Position numbers and translations under genes: made by a program. A stretch of 57,536 bases of DNA from Thermoplasmatota archaeon. Lineage in GTDB: Archaea > Thermoplasmatota > Poseidoniia > Poseidoniales > Thalassarchaeaceae. The stretch is from positions 1-57,536 of the forward strand of contig JAZANL010000062.1 in assembly GCA_036251765.1 (NCBI GenBank), read 5' to 3'. Of the stretch, positions 1-11,100 are shown piece after piece. Within the stretch, counting starts at the first letter, position 1. Every line of letters starts with the position of its first letter. Under the pieces are notes generated by a model that was given only the letters and a program-made list of their open reading frames with translations, was not told the DNA's origin and ran no database searches.

Positions 1-491
<491 letters not shown>

Positions 492-526
492 TCAATGTTC
501 CAAGTAAGCAATCAGTAAGGAAGGCG

Positions 527-1927
527 TTATCCGAATAGTATCTGATTAGCGATTTCGGACACTCTTTTCTCGTTTCCTGACAGAGTCATTACGTAAACTG
601 CTTCTTGACTGACCTGCCTCTTTCTAAGAGCCTCCGCCATAGGTGTGATCTCCTTGAGCCATCTGGTCTTCCCATCGTCACCAACTACCTTGACGTCCAC
701 CTGAGCCATCCTGGGTTCTGAAAGAAGCAGTTTGACGCTTGGAACGTCGATTGCAACGTAACCCGGTTCCAGACCAGCTCGGAATGCTATGTCATCCTCT
801 ATCTCTCTCCTGACTCTCAAGTCATTGGCTATTGAAGCAAGTTTTACGATCTGCTCTGGTTCCAAATCGTCCTTCCTACGACTCAGACAGACTTTCAACA
901 GGTTCCGATACTTTAGTCGTGTAATCATGTCCCTTGAGAAACCACCAGACTTGTCAAGTGCGCCCCAAATCTCTGCGTCTACTCTCCTCTGAAGATCGAG
1001 AGAGTCTGGCAAAGAGTCGCCTGCCCGCTCAACAGCTCTAGAAAGCATTACCTCGGTAACCCTAGTAACTCTGTGGAAGTAAACTGCGCTGTACATTAGC
1101 CCCCTAGCGACCAACATTCCCTCTAGTGCTGACAGGCCACCCTGCTCTACTACGATGTCACCCCCCTGGCTACGTAGGCACTCAATTAGTCGGTTGTGAT
1201 CCACTACGCCATGCTTTACTCCCGTGAAGTGCGAGTCCCTCAACAGATAGTCTAGTTGATCGCAGTCAATTGGGCCATGGACTAGTTGCGCTAACGTGTT
1301 ATCCCCTCCAGAGAAATCCTCTCTGCCCTCAGTCCAGCTTAGCAGCGATCTCTCCGTTCCTGAGGCATCCGGTCCAGTGATCAATGACGAGACTAGTTTT
1401 GGATCCAGATCATTGTCCTCCAGAATGGCGGGAATTGATTTCCTTTCGTCTATTGAATCCCCTTCGCCGTCAACGATTACATCATATTCGCCGAGGATGA
1501 TGCCTTTGGTCACCTCCATGTGATCCATGCCCCCCCTGTCTGCCAAAATGTGCTCCAATGTGTGTGAATAGGGGCCGTGACCGACGTCATGTAGCATAGC
1601 GGCGGCCTGGAGTGTGTCCGTGTCTATGTCGTCCAGAGAAAGAGATTGAGCCATGCTACCTGCGATGTGTGAAGCACCTAGTGAGTGCTCAAACCTAGTA
1701 TGGTTTGCGCCTGGGAAGATAAGATGGGCTAAACCGAGTTGCTTGATGTGGCTTAGTTTGTTCATCTCAGGAGTGGAAAGGAGATCCTGGGTCACGCCCT
1801 CCAGTTTGAATTGGCCGTGTATTGCGTCGTTGATTACCTTCATCGTTGCACCATGCGATGCCAGACGCCCATGTGCCTTGAATCGCTCGTTTGAGGCAGA
1901 AAGTTGAGATTTACAAATACTAATCAT
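527..1927 (-). CDS. HD-domain phosphohydrolase, SAMHD1/COG1078-like putative dNTP triphosphohydrolase
   Basis: 466-aa ORF. Contains KVINDAIHGQFKL...IKQLGLAHLIFPGANHTRFEHSLGASHIA and MLHDVGHGPYSH (HD motif). An alternative ATG at 1843 (MKVINDA...) matches the usual family N-terminus. A TATA-like AATTATAT at 1958-1965 fits the 1927 start better. Confidence 0.8.
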   Translation of the reverse strand: MISICKSQLSASNERFKAHGRLASHGATMKVINDAIHGQFKLEGVTQDLLSTPEMNKLSHIKQLGLAHLIFPGANHTRFEHSLGASHIAGSMAQSLSLDDIDTDTLQAAAMLHDVGHGPYSHTLEHILADRGGMDHMEVTKGIILGEYDVIVDGEGDSIDERKSIPAILEDNDLDPKLVSSLITGPDASGTERSLLSWTEGREDFSGGDNTLAQLVHGPIDCDQLDYLLRDSHFTGVKHGVVDHNRLIECLRSQGGDIVVEQGGLSALEGMLVARGLMYSAVYFHRVTRVTEVMLSRAVERAGDSLPDSLDLQRRVDAEIWGALDKSGGFSRDMITRLKYRNLLKVCLSRRKDDLEPEQIVKLASIANDLRVRREIEDDIAFRAGLEPGYVAIDVPSVKLLLSEPRMAQVDVKVVGDDGKTRWLKEITPMAEALRKRQVSQEAVYVMTLSGNEKRVSEIANQILFG

Positions 1928-2021
1928 TGTAATTCATTTGCATTTCAATTGCAATACAATTATATCCTGTACGCGTCTCTCGCAGACTCAGGAGGAGCAG
2001 GAGGTGCCAGGCAACAGTCCG

Positions 2022-2369
2022 ATGGTCTCGCTAAGGATACCGGAGGATCACCTACTGGAGCTTGACAGACTCGTGGGCTTCGATGGTATGAGAAATAGGT
2101 CCGATGTAATTAGAGAGGCAGTTAGGAGGATGCTGTCTACACCACTTCCTGGAAAGGGTGATCGGGTCGAAGTTGACCTGGGGCCCGATCTAACCGTCAG
2201 ACTCAGGGACTACTGCAAGATTGTCGGCGAGCCTGCGGATGTCGTACTGAGGCAATCGGCCAGGGAGATGATCCGCAAGGAGATGATCGAAGGTGCCACT
2301 GTAGTGGACCTACTGAGAAAGCGCATGGATGAGTTGCGCTTCAGACACGATGAGGATTCAAACGCTTAG
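2022..2369 (+). CDS. Ribbon-helix-helix (CopG/Arc-MetJ-like) DNA-binding protein, apparently two RHH units in one chain
   Basis: MVSLRIPEDHLLELDRLVGFDGMRNRSDVIREAVRRML shows a beta-alpha-alpha pattern. A second similar unit is VEVDLGPDLTVRLRDYCKIVGEPADVVLRQSAREMIRKEM. The track ORF starts at TTG 1938; ATG 2022 or GTG 2004 (GGAGGA 7 nt upstream) are more plausible. Confidence 0.65.
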   Translation: MVSLRIPEDHLLELDRLVGFDGMRNRSDVIREAVRRMLSTPLPGKGDRVEVDLGPDLTVRLRDYCKIVGEPADVVLRQSAREMIRKEMIEGATVVDLLRKRMDELRFRHDEDSNA

Positions 2370-2412
2370 GAGAGAGAGATATGGGCGAAGTTGGGATGCA
2401 CACAAAAAATTC

Positions 2413-2437
2413 GGGGGAGCGGCTTGTCCGCTCCCCC
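2413..2437 (-). terminator. Perfect 10-bp GC-rich hairpin (GGGGGAGCGG-CTTGT-CCGCTCCCCC), followed on the minus strand by a T6 tract
   Basis: Read directly from the sequence. On the minus strand the stem-loop is followed by GAATTTTTTGTGTG. On the plus strand no T tract follows. It sits in a 268-bp gap with no convincing CDS. Confidence 0.4.
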
Positions 2438-2691
2438 AACCACCAATCAAGCGATGCCAGGAGATTCGGCAACGGGCTTAGAAATATCAGGAACAGGGCA
2501 AAGAAACTGAGCAACGCAGTTGGCTATGACCCCAGTGAAGCTCCTCGGACCCCAAGGAAAGCAGAACAAAACTAGATCTCAATACACACACCGTCCCGCA
2601 CCATGCGTGCGGGGCAACCCCACTCAACCCAGATGCAGTGCTTAACTTTGGGATGCAAACTTATGGACGGTCAATTCCCCGGTCCATCCCC

Positions 2692-4689
2692 ATGTCTGGT
2701 GATGGAATAGTCAACAATGGTCTTTTCTTCGCTCATGAGTCTCCAAGAGAATCCCAGACAGGGATGATTGCTGACGGTATTGAGGCATTGAAGAATGGGG
2801 GTTTCCTACTTGCAGCGGCACCCACGGGGATTGGAAAGACTGCGGCGGCACTGGCATCCGCACTCAATGCTGCGAATCAAAGCGATAACGTAGAAATCCC
2901 GAAGATTATGTTTCTAACTGGAAGGCAATCTCAACATAGGATTGTTGTAGACACAATTCGAGAAATAAACAAAAGGCTTCCAACTGGATTCTCCAGAATC
3001 AAAGTAGTCGATATCATTGGAAGAGAAGGGATGTGCAAATCAGTTGATAGGTCTACAGGTAAATGCAACTGCGAAATAGGGTTAACCGACTCAGAGAGGA
3101 GGTTTTTGAGGGCTGAATTAGAGGAGTTCATACATTCCGAACCGAGACATGTGGACCAGGTTCTGAAGCGAGGAAGAAAGTTGGATGTGTGTACCTGGGC
3201 TACGGCAAGAGAAGCTGCAAAAAAGACGAGGGTAGTCGTTTGCGACTACAACCACGTTTTCGTTGAGGGGGTCAGAGAGGCGTCTCTGCCCGTAATGGGT
3301 ATTGATCTGGAAAATACAATTCTTATTGTCGATGAGGCGCATAACCTTCCGGACCGGATTAGGAGTGGCCTTGAGAGGAGAGTCACTGAGAGGGTTTTCC
3401 AAAGGGCCTTGTCTGATGTCCAGGAATACAAAGAGAGCATGGAGAAGAGGGAGAGGGATTTGGAAATCCCTGAATCAAGTCATCTCAGAGATGCTAAAGA
3501 ACTGGAGAAGCAAATCGAAGCATTGAGAGATGATTCTGGGCTCAGAAAATGGTTCGAAGAAAAGAAGGATGAAAATGAACAGACGAAGGGCGACGACATC
3601 AGAATAGCTACCCAGGAGTTCCTGGACATTATTTCGAAGGCCATAGGTGGCGTTCTAGAAGAAGATCCCGAAGACGAAATATCTCGTCTGAGGATGATGA
3701 TTGGGAGGTTATTGGCAGTCGTAATCGAAGAGGATGAGGATGCTGACGAAGATGAGCAGAATGATTGTACAAGACTTGCAGAAATTCTGGAAATTTGCAT
3801 TAGATATAGGAAAAATCCTGCCTTAGCCCTAGTCTTCGACGAGATACTAGAAGAGCCAAGGGTGACTAGCCATCTGCTCGATCCCAGCGTAGTGGGGGAG
3901 CCAATCTTCGAACAATGCCTAGGTTCGATACTCATGTCCGGAACCTTATTCCCACCAGAAATGTATGCAGAGATACTTGGAATACCAATGGCACGTTCTT
4001 CGTGTAATCAGTATTCTTCGGGTTTCCCCTTGAGCAATAGGCCAGTCCTAATTGCGAGTGATGTGACTAGCAAGTTCACGGAAAGAGAGAGGAGTTTTCC
4101 ATCAATAATTAACCATGTAAAGTCAGTAATAGACAATACGAAAGGAAATGTTGCAATTTTTGCTCCAAGCTATTCAATGCTAGACAGGATTCATGGAGAA
4201 TTTGAGAATAGTTGGAGTCCAAAGAAAATAATCAAGGAAGAGCAACGAATGACTAAATCAGGCGTGGAGAGTTTGATATCCAAACTCTACGAGCAAAAGC
4301 AAATGGGTGGTGCTGCTCTTTTCGGTGTCCTGAGTGGAAAGCTTTCAGAGGGAGTGGATTATTCAGAAAATGTGCTGAGTGCTCTGGTTTGTGTGGGTCT
4401 GCCTTTGCCACCTCCGAGCGCCAAACAAGATGCCTTGCTAGAGTACTACTCGAAGAAGTATGACAGGAATAGAGCATGGAGGTACGCAAGCCTCCAACCA
4501 GCCGTGAATAGCATACTACAGGCTCTTGGTAGGCCAATTAGGAAAAAGGAGGACAGAGCCATTGTGGTTCTCCTAGAGAAGAGGCTCCTAGAAAGGAGGG
4601 TTGGCGATTGTATGCCTGCAATGCAGAAGATGCGGACATCGAAACCCGAAAGAACAGCGGAACGAGTCAAGGCATTTTTCGAGATCTGA
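2692..4689 (+). CDS. xpd: XPD/Rad3-family 5'-3' DNA helicase with Fe-S domain
   Basis: Walker A AAAPTGIGKT, DEAH box IVDEAHNL, and four Cys in the Fe-S cluster position (GMCKSVDRSTGKCNCE...DVCTW). C-terminal motifs GKLSEGVDY and QALGRPIR. The start is uncertain: GTG 2638, ATG 2653 or ATG 2692. Confidence 0.85.
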   Translation: MSGDGIVNNGLFFAHESPRESQTGMIADGIEALKNGGFLLAAAPTGIGKTAAALASALNAANQSDNVEIPKIMFLTGRQSQHRIVVDTIREINKRLPTGFSRIKVVDIIGREGMCKSVDRSTGKCNCEIGLTDSERRFLRAELEEFIHSEPRHVDQVLKRGRKLDVCTWATAREAAKKTRVVVCDYNHVFVEGVREASLPVMGIDLENTILIVDEAHNLPDRIRSGLERRVTERVFQRALSDVQEYKESMEKRERDLEIPESSHLRDAKELEKQIEALRDDSGLRKWFEEKKDENEQTKGDDIRIATQEFLDIISKAIGGVLEEDPEDEISRLRMMIGRLLAVVIEEDEDADEDEQNDCTRLAEILEICIRYRKNPALALVFDEILEEPRVTSHLLDPSVVGEPIFEQCLGSILMSGTLFPPEMYAEILGIPMARSSCNQYSSGFPLSNRPVLIASDVTSKFTERERSFPSIINHVKSVIDNTKGNVAIFAPSYSMLDRIHGEFENSWSPKKIIKEEQRMTKSGVESLISKLYEQKQMGGAALFGVLSGKLSEGVDYSENVLSALVCVGLPLPPPSAKQDALLEYYSKKYDRNRAWRYASLQPAVNSILQALGRPIRKKEDRAIVVLLEKRLLERRVGDCMPAMQKMRTSKPERTAERVKAFFEI

Positions 4690-4729
4690 CCAACAATGGG
4701 TTCATCCGAGTCGGGCAATTGGGGACTGC

Positions 4730-5182
4730 ATGGAGTGGACGAGGGTCGATGTCCAATCAGACGCCGAGATAGAGTCAATTGGTGGGCTGGCGGATCTGAA
4801 AGTTGGCCTTGACACAGATGCGGAGACTATGCATAGAGGATTCCTAAATGAGTTGCCACATCTCTCGGAAGTAATGGAGATGCACGATTCTGTAGTCTCT
4901 GACATAGAGTCCAGAGTCATTAGCGATTCTGTTTCCACTTTGGGGGAGTTTGTCTCTGAGTTCGGAGGGGAGTGGTCAGAGTCTGAAATCAGACTACCAT
5001 TGGAAAAAACCAACAAGCGCGAGTTTGCCATCGAGACCACGATTGAGAATGACTCTCAGATTGTCAGGATGATTGTTCCAGAGAGGTTTGGAGGAATGAT
5101 CAGAACATTTCGTCTCCCCGAGGGAAGGAGCGTTTCCGGAGCAATTTGGGAAGGCGAATTCGTCACAATCAAGTTGGATTGA
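4730..5182 (+). CDS. Acidic hypothetical protein with a possible Hsp20/alpha-crystallin-like C-terminus
   Basis: The ATG at 4730 avoids overlap with xpd. The C-terminal VRMIVPERFGGMIRTFRLPEGRSVSGAIWEGEFVTIKLD resembles the ACD pattern (F-R-x-F-x-LP...G-x-L-x-I). The functional call is weak. Confidence 0.45.
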   Translation: MEWTRVDVQSDAEIESIGGLADLKVGLDTDAETMHRGFLNELPHLSEVMEMHDSVVSDIESRVISDSVSTLGEFVSEFGGEWSESEIRLPLEKTNKREFAIETTIENDSQIVRMIVPERFGGMIRTFRLPEGRSVSGAIWEGEFVTIKLD

Positions 5183-5183
5183 G

Positions 5184-8100
5184 TCACTCATCGATCTCGA
5201 AGTGCATCTCTCTCTTTGGAATGTCTTGAATGGCCTCAATCTCCTGCATCACCGAAGAGAGGGCTAATTGCGCATTATCCCTGTGAGTGTCACCTAGAAC
5301 ATGACTTGAGTATCTTGCCTCCTCGAAAATCCGATCCAGTGAAACCAATGAAGCCTCGCTGATGGGCAGAGCCTCCCGAATCGCGTGCTCGAACTCCCTG
5401 ACTGTCTCGAAGTTCCTACGTAGGAAGCCCCTGCGCATCAAGACCGAACACATGTTCTCGTAGCATAGGAAGATGGCCCTGCGGTATTCATCGCCAGATG
5501 CAAGCATCTCCACGGTCTGTCCCAGAACCTTGGCTAGCTCCCTTATCGTTGACTTCCTCTTCCTATTGAATGCCAGTGCACCGATGGCTATCGCGACCGC
5601 TGCCACCAACAGTGCTCCCAGTGCAGCTGTTGCACTGCCGAAGAATGAGTCGCTCTCTTGCTTCTCATAACTAATGGACACGCCTGATTGGGGCAGAAGA
5701 GCCAGGCTCCCGGGATCGATGAAATCGGAGTCCGAGGAAATCAGCACTGCGAGGAGCCCCCATCCCTCGGGAGGTAGTGACTGTTCGGACAGAGCAGGCA
5801 AGGGGGCCATTGACTTGAATTCGTACTGGAAGACGCCGTCTTCCCCGGTTAACTTAGAGACGGAGAAGTGAGTGGTGCTCCCATTGACCAGGCTAGCAGT
5901 AAGGGATAGGCCCTCAAGAGGGGCTCCGGTATCCCTTGCAGTGGCATTTACTGTCCCCCTGATTACTCTCTGGCCGTTTGAGAGATCCAGTTCGGAGTAT
6001 TCGAAGTCGACCTCGATCATAACCAGAATCTCGACTTCCTCGGAAACTCCGTTGAGGAACCTGGACTGGTCTGAATCGACCACTATTGTGATGATGTTCT
6101 CACCCGGATGCATGAACTCCTGGGCCTTTGCTCTAATTTGGAAGTTCATCGTGCTTGGATTCTCCCATGGCCCGGAGCTGATTGGCAAATTTGATTCCCC
6201 CCAGGTTAGACTCATGGAAAGGTTGGCGAATATTGCTGATTCGCCTCCGACTTCCCTAACAAGCCCCTGTATCATTATCGAGCTGGATGGGGAAGCGTCT
6301 CCTCGGATAATCGTATTAGTAATGGGTTGAACCTCGACTACTATGTCAGACAGGGCAAATACCTGGGAGACGGCCTCTGTAGGCAGGTAGAGGAACTCGC
6401 CAGCGAAAGTGAATGAGACGTTGTGGGAGCCCCTGCTTAATGCGTATTGCACCCTATGGCTGTATGAGAAGAACCCGCCCTCTCCGGTGACGACCAATTC
6501 AACCTGAGACCCATCCAGAAGGACTGAAACCTCTCTTCCCTCGAGTCCCTGCTCGAATCCAGTGTCAGACTCGAAGAGTCGTCCAGTGAAGTTCCAGTGC
6601 CCTCCCCTAGTAACATAGGTCTGTTCTACCTGATGAGAGATTGAGGTGTGATATGAAACAGTGAAATTTGACTCCGTCATTCCCTGCCTGTAGAATCCTT
6701 GTTCTGGGGAGATAGCAGAGATAGAGTGATTTCCTACGTCCATTGATTCTGGGATCGTCCACTCCAAGGACCAAAGCCCATTTTCCTGGCTGCTGGTTAT
6801 GCCCACTAGGACCCCATCGACAAAAATCTCGATTGTTTGGCTTCCTAGCCAACCATCCTCTAGGTTGTCCTTAGCGGAACCTGAAATCAACATGGTGTCG
6901 CCAACCGCTATTGGCCCGATTTGTTCCATTGTTACGAATACCGGAGAAAATACTGTGAAGACTACGGAGGACTCCGAGGGGAGGAGGAAATCCTCGCCTG
7001 CGAACTCTATCCCGATAATCATCGGACCGAGCGTCATGTCTGGTGCGATTGGGACAAAGCCGGTGAATGACCCGTTTCCATCCACCGAAATTGCAGATAG
7101 CTCCTCCCCATTCACAGTCATGACTAGGTCTCTGCTTGGTATTACTCGACCTACCCCATCTGTTAGAATTCCCTCTACTACTGCCACCTCTGTTCTGTCA
7201 ATTTCAGCAGGAGCGGTGGAAATTACCACTTGAGTTGGTTGGGTCACATTGAACGCCATTGAGTCCGAGGATCCCAAGTAGTATTCTGGATTTAGTGAGT
7301 CACCTTGACCCATCGGGTCCACCCAAGAAAATCCGCCTAGGAAATCTACCCGAGCCGTATGGGTTCCGAAGTCCATATCCGAGGGGATTTGGTATGTGAT
7401 TGACCACTGACCGGTTGTAGCGTTGGAGACTGTTGTGTAGGAGGGGCCTACGTCAATACCATCAATGTACAGATGGATCAAGCCTCCAGTGGAGTTGCCA
7501 TCGGCCTTCAGAAGTTGTCCTCTTTCATCCAATAGAGAGCCGACCAATGTTACTGAACCGCCTGCTATGGATGGGGAGGAGGCTTCCTTCAGAACTAGGT
7601 CTGTCGGCGCTAGGACGACTACCCTGGTCCATGCCTCGTCGCCCAGAAGTCCAATTGTTCCGTTGATTCCAGAGAACGTTGCCGTTACCACCATTGGCCC
7701 TGGGTCCCTGTCTGGCCTAACCAGTATTGATGCTGATGCGGTCCCATTAGAATCAGTCAGGCCGCCCCAAACCGTGATATTGTCGATTCTTACAACTATA
7801 GTAGCAGAAATAACTGGTCCACCGGCGTTATCTATCAAGGAGAGGGAGATGTCGAAAGTGTCTCCCCTGATTGTCCTGTTATCGGGATCTAGGTCGTCTG
7901 GGTTCTCTATTGTTAGAACGGAAAAGCCTCTGCTATCAAAGGTTGCAAATCCAGATGCAGAGGAGAAATATGTTACCTGGGGTGTGAAGGAAATTTCCAA
8001 TCCATGTGGGCCTCGGGGGAAGGACAAGTCGAGTCTAATTTCAGCCAACCAAGTACCATCGGAATCGAATGTGACTTGTGAAACAGTGAATGTATTCGAG

Positions 8101-11100
8101 TCCCCATCAATGGAGAATGTCAGCGTGGGGTTCAATGGGTTTCCAGAAGTGTCAGACAATCCTGATCCATTACTAGATGTCAGAGAGCCGGTGACATTGA
8201 AGAATTCCCCCGGCAGTGGGTTCGCGGTGATCGGGTCGATTACCATGGTAGCAGAGGATCTGACTGTTATTGTGTTCAATATCTGCACCGCTTGATGGAG
8301 GTCTTCTGATCCGTTGAAGACGAAAGTGACGTTCACAAGGCCAAGTGGGTGATCGTGGGGGACCTCGAATTCGAAGGCCACGCTTCCATCGGCGGATGTG
8401 ACTCCTGGATCGAGCCATGTGTCGTGGAAAAGAGCCAGAACTTCGAAGCCCGAGAGTGGTTGCTCGTTGTTGCTGAACTCCACTAGTCTAGTCGTAATGG
8501 TGATAGATTCTCCTCTGTCAACAATTGTATTCACAAATGGATTGGAATCTACGAATTGAGAAACTCCAACCACCAGTATTGATTCCACTCCGTTTCCTGT
8601 CAGGTAGAATGGTGTTGAACCGTTAACTACACTGACGACAACTGTCCTTTCCCCCCTGATTACTCCATTTCCTAGAGTATCCGTTGGGACTGTGAGATTG
8701 AATGCACCAGTCATATTCGTAGTTTGGTTTTCAATCAGAAGTTCTTCGGGTTCGTCTAGGAAGAACACACTAATTCCGACCGGTCCATCTACGGTCCTAT
8801 TTACATCGACTGAATCCATCACATTACCTACTAGGTTGAAGGATTGGAGAGCAGTGACTTGAGAGGGTATCGAGGAGATCTCGACCGAGCTAGCCACCTG
8901 CACGGTTAGGTTCACAAAGCTCTCGTTGCCGAGCCACCTTCCTGCATCTGGTGTAGCGAAGGTGTCAGAGAGGTCGTCGGGTGCGTGCACCCTGATGTCG
9001 TAGAATCCTGGTGGGGCCGAGGAAGGAACAATTGGATCGAAGGAAACGACTCCTTGGGAGTCCGTAGTCCCTGATTGGAGTATTGTCTGGAGGGGGCCTC
9101 CCCAGTCGAAATAGAGGTCCAGAGAAACCCCGGACAATGCTGCATTGGGGTCCTCGACATCTGTAACAGTGGAATTAAGGATCAATTCTTCTCCAGCAGT
9201 AACGATCGTAGATTCGGGTTCGGTCTGGACTACGAACTCGGTCTGAACGCCCACACTGATTGTTGTCGGATCTCCCGGGTTGTAGTAACTCCCTCCTACT
9301 GGCGGGTTTCCAGAGAAGCTCAAAGTTACGTCAATCTCGTATACACCGGAAGGAACACCTTGTGGGATCTCGAAGGAGAGATTGTATGCGCCTGTTGTTT
9401 CGTTTACCCAGCCATTAGCGATATTGTATATTGTGGGTGCTGCTGGGAAACCACCAGGAGTGGGAGGGAGATCTGATGGTATCAGGAGTTGGACCGTTAC
9501 TGAGGTGTTGTTCCCTGTAATCTGATTCTGCAACACCATGTCATTCGCGAATCCGGATATCCAGTTTGTAGAACCTCTGACTGACCACTCGTTGGAGAGG
9601 CTTGCAGATGCATTGCCCATCCCCCTGACCCTTAGTACTCCAGAGGTGGAATTAGCGCTGAGCCAAGTAGAGCCACCATAACTCAGGTTCCAATCATAGT
9701 CCCCGGGCGTCATAGTGAACGGGGGGATGAAGGTTGGAGTGACCCTTCCAGCTTCAGGATCTGTTTCGTTCCAAACAGCTCCGCCATCAAAAATTAGAGC
9801 GTATTCCCCGTCGAAAGGAGCGAATGATGATCCTGTGTGATCCTCCAGGAATACGTCGACTGCATACTCTCTACCTCTGATGGCGAAGGGAAGCTCGTAG
9901 TCAAATACGATGAAACTTCGTATTCCGTAGATATCGACGAATTGCTCTTGATCGTTAGAGTTCAAGTCATCGGAATCGAACTGCAGGCGCACATCTACAG
10001 GTCCAGCGGGGAGGGGGACGTCGGAGGCGGAGAATGGCCAAGTGATGGAGAACTCACCCGGATTGGTTCCCCACGATGAGTTGTTGAGATACCACGTGGT
10101 GATCTCTTCGAATGGTCCCGAGAGGTCTGCCCTGCGCATCTCCAGAATCAATGTCCCATTGAGTGCCGTGGGAGATGGGCCCCTGCTTAGTACAGTGCCG
10201 TTCAGGTAGATATTGCTTCCAATCTCCAGAATCGAGTTATTCTGACCTTGGGAGTTGATCTCTGCCGTCAGGTTCGGGGATAGCGTGATGTTGAGCTTGA
10301 AAGGATTGACCTCGGGAAAGGCATGGTATGATGGCGTAGTGGCATTGTTCAAGTCGTCGAAATGCCAGCCTTCGAAGGAAATTGCGGCATCCATCAAACC
10401 AAGTGGTTCAGCCTCATCTATTGGGACGATGAACTCATAGTATCCTCCACCAGATACGCCCGAAACTATCGACACTTCGCCGTCCACATCCGAGGAGTAG
10501 TTCAAAATGACCTGTAGGTCATCAACAACTGATGGGTCTAGGAATGGCGAACTTGACCAAGATAGTTGTCCCGTTATAGACGAGTTTACCCCGATTCCGA
10601 GCATTGGTTGCCCCACTGGAATTGGGCTGGTGATAGAAAGTGATACAGTGTCTGTGATATTGATCTGCCAAGGCATCGAAATCCCTTGCGTGCCGACATA
10701 ACCCATCTCGGTGGTGAGGATCACCAAAGAGCCGAACCCTGGCTGAATTATTTGGGGTGGTAGGCCTGTTAGATTGAATGAGCCATTTTCGTCGGTTGTT
10801 ACATTTGCGACCTTGTGCTCAACTATTGCTGCGCTCCCGGGCACCAACTCTGCCTGACTTGGTTCGACCAAGTACATTGAGAGTGAGATGTTTGCGACCA
10901 TGGTCTGGTTTTCCACAAACTCCAATGCCCCCTGGACCCAAATGGGTTCGGACGACGTGGTGTTCCTCTGGACTGATGTTGGCCCCCAAGACTCCACATT
11001 AACCCTTACTTCTGACATCGGAGGGCATGCTTCGAAGGGGATCCAACCAAGATCTAACTCACCTTGGTTCTGATTAGTCTGCAGATGGACCTCTGCCCAC

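Noticed and set aside
2381-2575. 64-aa basic ORF as a protein-coding gene
   Set aside because: There is no recognisable family, and it contains a perfect 10-bp GC hairpin within its codons. I kept it as a possible non-coding region instead, but I cannot exclude a real small basic protein without homology or coding-potential tests.
527-4689. HD phosphohydrolase + RHH + XPD-like helicase as an anti-phage defence island
   Set aside because: COG1078-type HD dNTPases and XPD are near-universal housekeeping genes in archaea. The genes sit on different strands with separate promoters, and no nuclease, methylase, ATPase or toxin partners are present.
7465-8295. 276-aa plus-strand ORF, and many other 60-180-aa ORFs on the plus strand between 5473 and 13947
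   Set aside because: All are antisense to the uninterrupted 2,986-aa gene. Their products are Ser/Pro/Thr-rich low-complexity strings typical of shadow frames.
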